DNA of 64,000 nt from Sporomusaceae bacterium (GTDB lineage Bacteria; Bacillota; Negativicutes; UBA1444), in contig JAHDPL010000031.1 in the NCBI GenBank assembly GCA_018434355.1, positions 567-64,566 of the forward strand, written 5' to 3'. The position numbers and the translations under genes are program-made. Of the stretch, positions 46,556-55,788 are shown one piece after another. A model generated the notes under the pieces. That model had not been told where the DNA came from and searched no databases. It worked only from the letters and a program-made list of their open reading frames with translations. How positions within the stretch are numbered: the first letter of the stretch is position 1; each line of letters starts with the position of its first letter.

Positions 46556-48046
46556 ATGTTAAACACAAGTTTTCGAGCCAGGCTTTTATTGCTGACCATA
46601 CTGCTGGGCGCGCTGCCGGTGTTGGCATCGAGCCTGTTCATCACGCTGCGGACCGAACAGGCGCTGGTCTGGGAGAAGCAGCAAAAGCTGTTCGGCATTA
46701 CCCGAGTGCTCGACCAGTATCTGCAAAGCAGCTATGATGGGTTGCTGGCGCAAAGCAGCCGCAGCGACTGGGGTCGCGAGGAAAAAATCGCGTTCCTCAA
46801 CCGCGCCCTGGCCCGCTACACCGACGAAATTGCCGCCGCTTATCCGGGGGTTGGCGTCGGATATTACTCCAAACAGCTGGACGCAATCGTGACCTACGGG
46901 CCGTCCTCGGTGTACGGCCATACGGTGGGGATACCGATCAGCCAGGACCATCAGGGCCGCCTGGTCATGGAATCGGGAGAGGATCGGGTGCAGGAAGGCG
47001 CGCTGGTGCGGGGCCGGATCATGAACGCGATGCATCCGATCGTGCGCGAAGGCGAGATTATCGGCTATATCTGGGCCAACGAACTGACCGAGGACATCCA
47101 GTCGCAAGTGGGCGAAATGAAGAAAAGCATTTACATCGCCAGCGTGATCGGCCTGCTTGTCGGCCTGTTCGGCGTGGCGCTGATCGTCGACAATCTGACC
47201 GCCGGTATCAACATGATCAAAAAAGGCGTGTTTCATCTGCAGGACGACCTGGACTACCGGCTGCCCAAACTGCCGGCCGAACTGGGCGAAATTTCGCTGG
47301 CGGTCAACCGGCTGGGCGATGAACTGCTGGCGAAACGACAGCTGGAGGCGCAGGTGCAACGCGCCGAGCGGCTGGCGGCGGTGGGCGAGATGGCGGCGGG
47401 CCTGGCCCATGAAGTGCGCAACCCGCTGATGTCGATCCGCGGTTTTGCCCAGTTGCTGCAAGAAGACAACATCAACCGCAGCCAAAAGGAATACCTGGAG
47501 ATCATCGTGCGGGAAACCGAGCGGATGAACGCCCTGATCGAACAACTGCTCTACTATGCCCGGCCGGTAGTCAACCGGGTCGACAACGTCGAAATCAATG
47601 CCGTCGTGCAGAATGTGAAAAAACTGGTGGAATCGCAGACCAAGGCGAAAAACATCCAGGTCGTCACCCGGTTGAAAAAAGACCTGCCGCCGGTAGCCTG
47701 CGACGCCGAACAGTTGAAGCAGGTGCTGTTGAACATCGTAATCAACGCGATCCAGTCGATCGAAACAGACGGCCGAATCCGCATTGCCAGCGCGTATTTG
47801 CCGGAACAACAACGAGTGGAACTGAGGATAGAAGATAACGGACAGGGGATTCCGCCTGCTCATCACGAACGAATTTTTGACCCTTTCTTCACGACAAAGG
47901 AACAGGGCACCGGGCTGGGACTGTCGGTGGCGTTCCGGTTGATGGAGACTTGGGGCGGTACGATCCACGTAGAGTCGGAGCCGGGGGCGGGCAGTTCGTT
48001 CGTATTGAGTTTTCCGGCGGGAATGGTTGAGGAGGACAAGGCTTGA
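46556..48046 (+). CDS. Sensor histidine kinase (AtoS/NtrB-like: TM, sensor, HAMP, HisKA, HATPase)
   Basis: H-box AAGLAHEVRNPL, N-box NIVINAIQS, G-boxes EDNGQGI and GTGLGLSV. I chose ATG 46556; the track ORF starts at 46253. Confidence 0.85.
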   Translation: MLNTSFRARLLLLTILLGALPVLASSLFITLRTEQALVWEKQQKLFGITRVLDQYLQSSYDGLLAQSSRSDWGREEKIAFLNRALARYTDEIAAAYPGVGVGYYSKQLDAIVTYGPSSVYGHTVGIPISQDHQGRLVMESGEDRVQEGALVRGRIMNAMHPIVREGEIIGYIWANELTEDIQSQVGEMKKSIYIASVIGLLVGLFGVALIVDNLTAGINMIKKGVFHLQDDLDYRLPKLPAELGEISLAVNRLGDELLAKRQLEAQVQRAERLAAVGEMAAGLAHEVRNPLMSIRGFAQLLQEDNINRSQKEYLEIIVRETERMNALIEQLLYYARPVVNRVDNVEINAVVQNVKKLVESQTKAKNIQVVTRLKKDLPPVACDAEQLKQVLLNIVINAIQSIETDGRIRIASAYLPEQQRVELRIEDNGQGIPPAHHERIFDPFFTTKEQGTGLGLSVAFRLMETWGGTIHVESEPGAGSSFVLSFPAGMVEEDKA

Positions 48047-49443
48047 AACAGACGGAACGGATCCTGATTGTCGATGATGAATTGAATGTGCGGCACTTGC
48101 TGAGCGAGGTCGTGCGCAAGGCCGGCTATGAACCGCATCAGGCCGAGAACGGCCTGGAAGGCGTGGAAAAATGCCGTCTGCTGAAACCGGAAGTCGTGCT
48201 GATGGACCTGCGGATGCCGGTGATGGAAGGCATGGAGGCGTTTGCGATCATCCATGAGGAAATGCCGGAAGTCCAGGTCGTTCTATTGACCGCCTTCGGC
48301 AATGTCGGCATCGCGATGGAGGCGATGAAACGCGGCGCCTTCGACTACCTGGTGAAGCCGGCCAATGTGGCGGAAGTGCGGACGGTGATCGAACGGGCGC
48401 TGGCGGTGAGCAAACAGCAGGCGGAAAGTCTGCTCAACGGCGAATCGGGTCTGAAAAGCGAGCCGGACAACCGGATCGTCGGCTGTAGCGCAGTGATGCA
48501 GAATTTGTTCAAATCGGTAGGGCGGGTGGCCCAGAGCAACGCGACGGTGCTGATCTCCGGCGAGAGCGGCAGCGGCAAGGAAGTGATCGCCAAGGCGATT
48601 CACGAGAACAGTCTGCGCAAGGACCAGCCGTTCGTGCGGATCGATTGCGGTTCGATCCCGGAAGGGCTGATGGAAAGCGAACTGTTCGGCCACGAGAAAG
48701 GCGCGTTCACCGGTGCGATCGCCGCCAAGCCCGGCAAGTTCGAAGTCGCCTCCGGCGGCACGCTGTTTATCGACGAGGTGGGCGACCTACCGCTACCGCT
48801 GCAGGTGAAGCTGCTGCGGGCGATTCAGGAGCGTGAGTTCGAGCGGGTGGGCGGCAATGCGGTCTTGCGGATGGATGTGCGGATCATCGCGGCGACCAAT
48901 CGCAACCTGCCGGAGATGGTGGAGCAGGGGCGGTTCCGCGAAGACCTGTTTTATCGGCTGAACGTGGTGCCGCTGCATGTGCCTGCCTTGCGCGAGCGGG
49001 CCGAAGACATCCCGCTGCTGGTGGATTACTTCATTAAAAAGGCGGCCCGCGCCGCCGGCTGCATGACGCCGCTCGTGACCCAGGAAGCGCGCGAACTACT
49101 GCTGCGATACTCCTGGCCCGGCAATGTCCGCGAACTGGCCAACGTGCTGGAACGGGCCGTGGTGATGTCCAACGGCGTCATCGACCTGCCTGACGTTTCG
49201 GGGATTGCGAATCCGCTGCTGACCAGTACGCCAAGGGTGGAAAAAAGTGAAGAGATCGTAGTTCCCTTTGCCGGCACCCTGCGCGAGATGACGCACTGCC
49301 TGGAGCGGGAAATCATCATCCGGACACTGAAGAAACACGGTGGCAACCGGATGCGCAGCGCGCAGGCGCTCGACATCAGCCGCCGTTCGTTGTTGTACAA
49401 ACTGGAAGAGCATGGCCTGGGCGAACGCGAAGAAAAAGAGTGA
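48043..49443 (+). CDS. Sigma-54-dependent response regulator (AtoC/NtrC family)
   Basis: Receiver domain (ILIVDDE...VLMDLRMP), [24 protein letters not shown]-terminal HTH. 4-nt overlap with the kinase gene. Confidence 0.9.
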   Translation: MKQTERILIVDDELNVRHLLSEVVRKAGYEPHQAENGLEGVEKCRLLKPEVVLMDLRMPVMEGMEAFAIIHEEMPEVQVVLLTAFGNVGIAMEAMKRGAFDYLVKPANVAEVRTVIERALAVSKQQAESLLNGESGLKSEPDNRIVGCSAVMQNLFKSVGRVAQSNATVLISGESGSGKEVIAKAIHENSLRKDQPFVRIDCGSIPEGLMESELFGHEKGAFTGAIAAKPGKFEVASGGTLFIDEVGDLPLPLQVKLLRAIQEREFERVGGNAVLRMDVRIIAATNRNLPEMVEQGRFREDLFYRLNVVPLHVPALRERAEDIPLLVDYFIKKAARAAGCMTPLVTQEARELLLRYSWPGNVRELANVLERAVVMSNGVIDLPDVSGIANPLLTSTPRVEKSEEIVVPFAGTLREMTHCLEREIIIRTLKKHGGNRMRSAQALDISRRSLLYKLEEHGLGEREEKE

Positions 49444-49463
49444 AAATTCCTGCGGTAGTGTGA

Positions 49464-49508
49464 AAATAAATGCGCAGCGAAACGAACATCGCTGCGCATT
49501 TATTTGTT
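49464..49508 (+). terminator. Rho-independent terminator after the response regulator
   Basis: Perfect 17-nt arms AAATAAATGCGCAGCGA / TCGCTGCGCATTTATTT. Confidence 0.75.
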
Positions 49509-49631
49509 GCTGCTTGTAGCTGAGAAGGGTTGCCTTCTCCGACTGCCGGAGCAGGACCCGTACGGTTTATCGCTGCCGCAGCGAGGCGCCGATATTCCTG
49601 CGGGCGTTGAACCGGCCTGTTGTTTTTGTTT

Positions 49632-49647
49632 TGGCATGAAATTTGCA
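49632..49647 (+). promoter_or_regulatory. Sigma-54 (-24/-12) promoter of atoE2-atoDA
   Basis: TGGCAT-GAAAT-TTGCA, a near-perfect match to TGGCAC-N5-TTGCA, downstream of an NtrC-family regulator gene. Confidence 0.85.
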
Positions 49648-49775
49648 TTCACTTCAACTGGAGAGTTGGTTTCCGTGCAAGAAGTCAAAACAGTGAGTGA
49701 AAGGAGTGGTGACGCAACATTTTTAGTCAGCCCGGTCTTATCGTATCTGAAACATAATGAAGAGGAGGAAAATCT

Positions 49776-51095
49776 ATGTTACATGCGATGTCACGATTTT
49801 TTGTCGCCATCGTCCAGCGCTACCTTCCCGATGCGTATCTGTTCGCAGTCATCCTGACCTTCATCGCGTTCGCCGCCGCCCTGGCGCTCACCGGCAAAGG
49901 CTTCATGGACCTTATTATCATGTGGGGCAACGGACTTTATGGTATTCTTGCTTTCGCCATGCAAATGATTCTGATTCTGGTTACTGGACACGCGCTCGCC
50001 TCCAGCAAGCCGATCAAAAAATTCCTCACCAGCCTGGCTTCGATTCCCAGCAATGGCGCTCAAGCCGCTATGATGAACTGCTTCGCCGTTGGCGTGGCCA
50101 GTTTCTTCAACTGGGGCTTCGGCTTGGTCGTCGGCGCGCTCTTGGCGCGTGAACTGGCGAAAAAAGTTAAAAACATGGACTATGCCTTCGTCGTGGCAGC
50201 CGGTTACTCCGGTTTCGTCATCTGGCACGGCGGCATCTCCGGCTCGATTCCGCTGGCGGTTGCCACCAAAGGACATCTGGTCGAAAAACTGACCGGCATC
50301 ATCCCAACCACCGCGACGATCTTCTCCAGCTGGAACCTGATCATCACTTGGACCATCATCATCACCCTGCCGATTCTGTTCAAACTGATGACGCCTCCGG
50401 ACTCGGAAGTGCGCGCAGTTGACCCGGCATTGCTGGTTGAACCGGAGCCGCCTGCGGCGCCGAAAGAACAAACCTTGGCCACGATCCTGGAAAACAGCGT
50501 GATCATCAACATGGCCTTCGGCGCGATGGGCGTGCTGTATCTCGGCAACTACTTCATGAAAAACGGCATGGGCAACCTGTCGCTGAATATCGTGATCATG
50601 GTGTTCTTCATCGCCGGCGTTATCCTGCACATCACCCCGATCAACTATGTGCGCGCCGTCAATGAGGCGATCAAAGGCGCCGGCGGCATTGCGCTGCAGT
50701 TCCCGCTGTACGGCGGCATCCAGGGGATCATGGTGTCCTCCGGCCTGGCGGCGATCATCGCCAAATGGTTCATCTCTTTCTCGACTGCTTATACGTTCCC
50801 GCTGTTCACCTTTATCGCCGGCGGCGTAATCAACTTCTTCGTACCGTCCGGCGGTGGCCAGTGGATCGTGCAAGGCCCGATCAACATCCCGGCCGGCCTG
50901 GCGCTCGGCGTAGATCCGGCCAAAGTGGCGATGTCGATCGCCTACGGCGACCAATGGACCAACATGATCCAGCCGTTCTGGGCGCTGCCGCTGCTCGGCA
51001 TCGCACAACTGGGCGTGCGCGATATCATGGGCTACTGCTGCATGACTCTCATCTGGTCCGGCATCATCATGGCAGCCGGTTTGCTGCTGCTGTAA
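49776..51095 (+). CDS. atoE: Short-chain fatty acid transporter (AtoE family), copy 2
   Basis: Collinear with copy 1, about two-thirds to three-quarters identical by eye. GAGGAGG RBS. Confidence 0.85.
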   Translation: MLHAMSRFFVAIVQRYLPDAYLFAVILTFIAFAAALALTGKGFMDLIIMWGNGLYGILAFAMQMILILVTGHALASSKPIKKFLTSLASIPSNGAQAAMMNCFAVGVASFFNWGFGLVVGALLARELAKKVKNMDYAFVVAAGYSGFVIWHGGISGSIPLAVATKGHLVEKLTGIIPTTATIFSSWNLIITWTIIITLPILFKLMTPPDSEVRAVDPALLVEPEPPAAPKEQTLATILENSVIINMAFGAMGVLYLGNYFMKNGMGNLSLNIVIMVFFIAGVILHITPINYVRAVNEAIKGAGGIALQFPLYGGIQGIMVSSGLAAIIAKWFISFSTAYTFPLFTFIAGGVINFFVPSGGGQWIVQGPINIPAGLALGVDPAKVAMSIAYGDQWTNMIQPFWALPLLGIAQLGVRDIMGYCCMTLIWSGIIMAAGLLLL

Positions 51096-51190
51096 TCCTG
51101 ACAAACGATACCGCATCGTAGTATAATTATTTAAATTGTGGTTTTATCCCTGCGGGCCGTCCGGCCCGCAGGGAAGTGGAGGTGGAAGGA

Positions 51191-51838
51191 ATGGCAAAAA
51201 TCATTTCGGCTGCAGAGGCTGCAGCCAAAGTACAGGACGGCATGACCGTCATGGTGGGAGGCTTTCTTGGTTGCGGCACGCCGCAAAGCCTGGTCGACCA
51301 GGTGTTGGCCCAGGGGACCAAGGACCTGACCCTCGTCTGCAACGACACCGCGTTTCCTGATGCGGGCGTCGGCAAACTGGTGGTAAGCCGCCAGTTCAAA
51401 AAAGTCATCGTATCCCATATCGGTACCAATCCGGAAACCGGTCGCCAGATGAACGCCGGCGAACTGGACGTGGACCTGGTGCCGCAAGGTACTCTGGCGG
51501 AGAGAATCCGTTCGGCCGGTTTCGGTCTGGGCGGCATCCTGACTCCGACCGGCGTCGGTACGCCGGTGGAAGCAGGCAAACAAAAATTGACGATTGACGG
51601 CAAGGACTATTTGCTGGAATTGCCGATTAAGGCGGATGTCGCCCTGGTCAAAGCTTACAAGGCGGATAAGGCCGGCAACCTGGTGTTCCGCAAAGCGGCG
51701 CGCAACTTTAACCCGCTGATGGCGACCGCGGCCAAAGTCGTGATCGTCGAAGCGCAAAACATCGTGGAAATCGGTGAAATCGATCCCGACGAAGTCATGA
51801 CGCCGGGTATTTTCGTCAATTATCTGGTTCAGGGTTGA
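51191..51838 (+). CDS. atoD: 3-oxoacid/acetate CoA-transferase subunit A
   Basis: [34 protein letters not shown] is typical of CoA-transferase family I alpha subunits. ATG 51191 follows GGAGGTGGAAGG. Confidence 0.85.
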   Translation: MAKIISAAEAAAKVQDGMTVMVGGFLGCGTPQSLVDQVLAQGTKDLTLVCNDTAFPDAGVGKLVVSRQFKKVIVSHIGTNPETGRQMNAGELDVDLVPQGTLAERIRSAGFGLGGILTPTGVGTPVEAGKQKLTIDGKDYLLELPIKADVALVKAYKADKAGNLVFRKAARNFNPLMATAAKVVIVEAQNIVEIGEIDPDEVMTPGIFVNYLVQG

Positions 51839-51851
51839 GGAGGGATAGCAC

Positions 51852-52499
51852 ATGGATGCAAAAGAACTAATCGCCAAACGGGTCGGACAGGAGTTTAGCG
51901 ACGGGGATCTGGTCAATCTCGGCATCGGTATTCCCACTATGGTTGCCGACAATCTGCCGGAAGGGGTCCACGTGATCCTGCACTCGGAAAACGGCTTTGT
52001 CGGTCTCGGCCCAGCGGCCAATGGCAATTCCGATCCCGATCTGGTCAACGCCGGCGGCAAACCGGTATCGATCAATCCCGGCGGCGCTTTCTTCGACAGC
52101 GCCACGTCCTTCGGCATCATTCGCGGCGGCCATCTGGCGGCAACCGTTCTCGGCGCTTTGCAGGTGGACCAGGAAGGCAACCTGGCCAACTGGATGGTGC
52201 CAGGCAAAATGGTGCCCGGCATGGGCGGCGCGATGGATTTGGTAGCCGGCGCCGAGCGGGTCATCATCGCGATGGAGCACACCGCCAAAGGTGCGCCGAA
52301 AATCCTGAAAAAATGCAACCTGCCGCTGACAGCGGTCAAAGAAGTCGACATGATCGTCACCGAGCTGTGTGTGATGATCTGCGACGCTAATGGACTGACC
52401 CTGACCGAACTGGCCCCCGGTGTTACCGTGGAGCAGGTGAAAGCGGCGACAGAAGCCGATTTCAAAGTCTCGCCCAATCTAAAAACAATGCCTGTCTAA
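51852..52499 (+). CDS. atoA: 3-oxoacid/acetate CoA-transferase subunit B
   Basis: Catalytic-Glu motif [10 protein letters not shown] and GMGGAMDLV. Confidence 0.85.
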   Translation: MDAKELIAKRVGQEFSDGDLVNLGIGIPTMVADNLPEGVHVILHSENGFVGLGPAANGNSDPDLVNAGGKPVSINPGGAFFDSATSFGIIRGGHLAATVLGALQVDQEGNLANWMVPGKMVPGMGGAMDLVAGAERVIIAMEHTAKGAPKILKKCNLPLTAVKEVDMIVTELCVMICDANGLTLTELAPGVTVEQVKAATEADFKVSPNLKTMPV

Positions 52500-52513
52500 T
52501 CAACACGACCAAG

Positions 52514-52558
52514 ACCCGGCAGTTGCTGAAATACTCAGTGGCTGTCGGGTTTTCTATT
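52514..52558 (+). terminator. Rho-independent terminator
   Basis: ACCCGGCAG...CTGTCGGGT stem (one G-U pair) followed by TTTCTATTT. Confidence 0.7.
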
Positions 52559-52632
52559 TATATTAATAGGCTTGCCAAAAGCAAATATGGTATGATTTTG
52601 CTATAGTAAATGCGAGGACGGAGGGCGTGCAC

Positions 52633-53313
52633 ATGAAAACAGGCGTCATCGGCGCGGGCCGGATGGGGAAAAGACTGGCGCAGCGACTGTCTGGGAAACA
52701 TGACGTATTTCTGTATGACGCGGACCCGGCTGCGGCCCAGGCTGCGGCGCAGGCGCTCGGGCTGCGGGCGGCGGCGGACCTGACTGGAGAATCGGCGGAC
52801 GCGCTAGTGTTGGCTGTGCCCGATATGGCGGTCAAGCCCTGTATCGAGATGCTATTGGCGCAGCAGGCGACGGCGCTGGTGTTTAATGTGGCTACGAATA
52901 TTTCCCGGGAAATGTTGGCTGAAATGGCAGGTGCTTCGCTACGCGCTCTCAATGTAAAGCTCATCGGTCACGCCGGAGAGATGGGCTGCGGCGGGCAGCC
53001 GGTCATCGTCGTCGACGAGGCCGAGCCGGCGCTGGCCGCGGTTGCCGCCGAACTATTCGCACCGGTCGGCAGCGTGGTGCTGGCGAATGCGGATGTGGTT
53101 CAGACGATCAACGTCATTGCCACCGAGCAGGCATTGAAAGCGGCGGTAATGCTCGAACAGGCGCTGCGGACGGCAGGAATAGAAAACTGGCAGATGATCC
53201 ACGGCGCGTTGTCAGTGGTGGCGCCCGGCGTAATCAAGGCCTATGCCGAAGATGATCTGGGGCCATTTGCGCGAAGAATCATCGCTGCATTGCGCGAGGA
53301 GGGCTTGCCATGA
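52633..53313 (+). CDS. NAD(P)-binding ProC-like / F420-oxidoreductase-like dehydrogenase
   Basis: N-terminal Rossmann motif GVIGAGRMG, about 226 aa. GGAGGG RBS before ATG 52633. Confidence 0.6.
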   Translation: MKTGVIGAGRMGKRLAQRLSGKHDVFLYDADPAAAQAAAQALGLRAAADLTGESADALVLAVPDMAVKPCIEMLLAQQATALVFNVATNISREMLAEMAGASLRALNVKLIGHAGEMGCGGQPVIVVDEAEPALAAVAAELFAPVGSVVLANADVVQTINVIATEQALKAAVMLEQALRTAGIENWQMIHGALSVVAPGVIKAYAEDDLGPFARRIIAALREEGLP

Positions 53314-54653
53314 CGACGCAGTGCAACATGGCAGGGGCGCTGATGGAAGCCTGGCGCGAGTTTTCCATTACGCCGCAGCAGTTTCAACAGATCGCGGCAG
53401 ACTTTGCGGTGACGCTGGAAGACGGACTGTGCGGCAGACCCTCGCCGCTGCAAATGTTGCCCGGTTTTGTCGGCAGGCCGTGCGGCGAAGAGACCGGCCG
53501 CTATCTGGCGCTGGACTTCGGCGGCACCAATGTGCGGGTGGCTGTGGTGGAGCTGTGCGGCGGCGGGCGGACCCGGATCGAAAAATTGCACAAGGTGTCG
53601 CTGCGCGACAAGGCAGCCGGCTACGACTATACCGCCGCCAACGTCCAGCTGGGTGAGCTGTTCGACTTCATTGCCAAACAGGTCGCGCTGGTCGCTGATG
53701 GCGGCGAGCAGCTGCTCGGCCACTCGTTTTCTTACGGCGGCAAGCAGACGGCGATCGGTCGGGCCGACTTCATCGGCTGGACCAAAGAAATCAAGGTGTC
53801 GGGCATTGCCGGGCAGGACATCAACGCCACGCTGGCCACGGCGCTGGTCCGGCAGAACCTGGCCGCCGTCCGCCCTGTGGCGGTGCTGAACGATACGGTG
53901 GCGACGCTTTTGACTGCCGCCTATGCGATGCCGGCGGCAGACATGGGCTCGGTCTGCGGCACCGGCCAAAACAGCTGCTACTACGAAAAACAGCCCAGGC
54001 ACGGCGACCGTAGCCGCGAAATGGCCTACAACGCCGAATCCGGCGGCTTCGACCGGTTGCCGTTCAGCCGGTTTGACAATGAACTCGATGCGGCCAGCGA
54101 AATTCCTGGCCGGCAACGGATGGAAAAAATGGTGGCCGGTCGTTATCTGGGCGAACTGGCGCGCCGCATCCTGTGGGAGGGGCGCGGCGAGTGCGGCATG
54201 CAGTTTGTCGAGCGATGTCCGGTATTCGCGCAGGTCGATGGACTGACCAGCCAGGACCTGGCCGTGTTTGCCGGTGACGAGTCTGAAACGCTGGCGGCGA
54301 CCGAAGCCTGGCTGGCGCAGCATTGTCCGGCAAGCGGCGCCAGTCTGGCGGAACGGCATTTTATCAAGGCGGTGGCGGAGCTGGTCATCGAACGGTCGGC
54401 GACGCTGGTCGCCGCCAGTTACGCCGGATTCCTGTTGCGACTGGACCCGGCGAAGCGGCGAAACCACCTGATCGGCGTCAATGGCTCGCTGTACGAAAAG
54501 ATGCCCGGCTTTGCCGCGGCGATTTCCCGCCAACTTGAACAGTACGGCGGCTGGCCTACCGGGCAGGTCGAATTTCTGGTGGTCGACGAAGCACCGCTGC
54601 GCGGGGCGGCGATCGCGGCGGCGATGGCCCAGGCGGAAGGAGCGATAGCGTAA
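53310..54653 (+). CDS. Hexokinase-family (eukaryote-type) sugar kinase
   Basis: LALDFGGTNVRVAVVEL, LLGHSFSYGG...GWTKEIKVSG and AVLNDTVATL parallel the hexokinase_1/2 signatures. ATGA overlap with the upstream gene. Confidence 0.7.
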   Translation: MTTQCNMAGALMEAWREFSITPQQFQQIAADFAVTLEDGLCGRPSPLQMLPGFVGRPCGEETGRYLALDFGGTNVRVAVVELCGGGRTRIEKLHKVSLRDKAAGYDYTAANVQLGELFDFIAKQVALVADGGEQLLGHSFSYGGKQTAIGRADFIGWTKEIKVSGIAGQDINATLATALVRQNLAAVRPVAVLNDTVATLLTAAYAMPAADMGSVCGTGQNSCYYEKQPRHGDRSREMAYNAESGGFDRLPFSRFDNELDAASEIPGRQRMEKMVAGRYLGELARRILWEGRGECGMQFVERCPVFAQVDGLTSQDLAVFAGDESETLAATEAWLAQHCPASGASLAERHFIKAVAELVIERSATLVAASYAGFLLRLDPAKRRNHLIGVNGSLYEKMPGFAAAISRQLEQYGGWPTGQVEFLVVDEAPLRGAAIAAAMAQAEGAIA

Positions 54654-55232
54654 ATGGAGCAGGAGCGTTGCGGCTGGTGCAAAGGCGATGCGCTTTATGA
54701 GGCGTATCATGACGAGGAGTGGGGACTGCCCGAGCATGACGACCGGCGGTTGTTCGAGTTTTTGATTTTGGAAGGGGCGCAGGCTGGGCTCAGCTGGATC
54801 ACGGTGCTGCGCAAGCGCGAGAACTACCGGCGGCTGATGGCCGACTTCGACCCGGCGGTGCTGGCAGGCTGGGGAGATGCCGAGGTCGCAGCCTGGCTGC
54901 AGGAACCGGGGATCATCCGCAACCGGCTGAAGCTGCACGGGACGCTGCAAAACGCCAGGGCATTCCTGCGGGTTCAGGCGGAATTCGGCAGTTTTGACGC
55001 TTACCTGTGGCGGTTTGTCGACGGCAAGCCGGTCCAGAATAACTGGCGGACGCTGCAGGAAGTGCCGGCCGAGACGCCGCTGGCCCAGCAGCTGAGCAAA
55101 GATCTGAAAAAGCGCGGCTTCACCTTTGTCGGGCCGACGATCTGCTATGCGCTGATGCAGGCGGTCGGTCTGGTCAACGACCATCTGACAAGCTGCTTCC
55201 GCCATCAGCAAGTGCAGAAACTCAGCCGCTGA
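54654..55232 (+). CDS. tag: DNA-3-methyladenine glycosylase I
   Basis: CGWCKGDALYEAYHDEEWGLPEHDDRRLFEFLILEGAQAGLSWITVLRKRENYR is a typical Tag sequence. Starts directly after the hexokinase stop. Confidence 0.9.
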   Translation: MEQERCGWCKGDALYEAYHDEEWGLPEHDDRRLFEFLILEGAQAGLSWITVLRKRENYRRLMADFDPAVLAGWGDAEVAAWLQEPGIIRNRLKLHGTLQNARAFLRVQAEFGSFDAYLWRFVDGKPVQNNWRTLQEVPAETPLAQQLSKDLKKRGFTFVGPTICYALMQAVGLVNDHLTSCFRHQQVQKLSR

Positions 55233-55306
55233 TTGCGCAGGACTTTGCCATCTGTTCCCGAATACTATCGACAAGAACCCAAACGGTTTAGGGGAGGAAT
55301 GAGGAA

Positions 55307-55777
55307 ATGATTGCCGGTTATCTGAAACTGTGGGACAAGGAAAAACACCTCTATGCACCGACGATTCAAAAAGCGCTGGCCTGGCTGCAATCCGCCGACC
55401 TGGCAAGTTTGCCGACCGGTCGCCATGTGATCGACGGCGACAATATGTACGCGATGGTCAATGAATATACGACCGAACCGAAAGAAAAAAGACGGGCCGA
55501 AGCCCATCGCAAATACGTCGACATCCAGTACATCGCCGCCGGCGAGGAAAAGATCGGCATCGCGCCGCTACAGGACGGCTACGAAGTGGTGGAAGACAAA
55601 CTGGCGGAGAAAGACGTGATCTTCTACGCCGGATTGCAGGATGAAGTGGAATTGGGGCTAAAGGCAGGCATGTTCGCCGTGCTGTTCCCATGGGAAGTGC
55701 ACCGGCCCAACTGCGCGTTTGACAAACCGGCTCCGGTGCGCAAAGTGGTGATGAAGATCAGCGTGGACAGTCTGTAA
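55307..55777 (+). CDS. YhcH/YjgK/YiaL (EbgC-like, DUF386) family protein
   Basis: 156 aa with family-like motifs (GRHVIDGDNMYAMVNEYTT, HRKYVDIQYI, FPWEVHRP). Confidence 0.7.
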   Translation: MIAGYLKLWDKEKHLYAPTIQKALAWLQSADLASLPTGRHVIDGDNMYAMVNEYTTEPKEKRRAEAHRKYVDIQYIAAGEEKIGIAPLQDGYEVVEDKLAEKDVIFYAGLQDEVELGLKAGMFAVLFPWEVHRPNCAFDKPAPVRKVVMKISVDSL

Positions 55778-55788
55778 GGAGAGTCGTA

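Noticed and set aside
43623-51116. Long antisense ORFs opposite the COG1900 gene, PaaK, the kinase and atoE2: 43623-44624 (+), 44981-45790 (+), 45717-46394 (-), 46586-47968 (-) and 49791-51116 (-).
   Set aside because: Each is mirrored by a gene on the other strand with strong family signatures. Their composition (R/H/D/G/Q-rich) is typical of out-of-frame or antisense translation.
53241-55406. A 721-aa minus-strand ORF, the longest non-called ORF in the track.
   Set aside because: It is entirely antisense to the hexokinase, tag and yhcH genes, which have clear family motifs. The sequence is Arg/Pro/Ala/Gln-rich and low-complexity, with no RBS. This is a typical shadow ORF of high-GC coding DNA.
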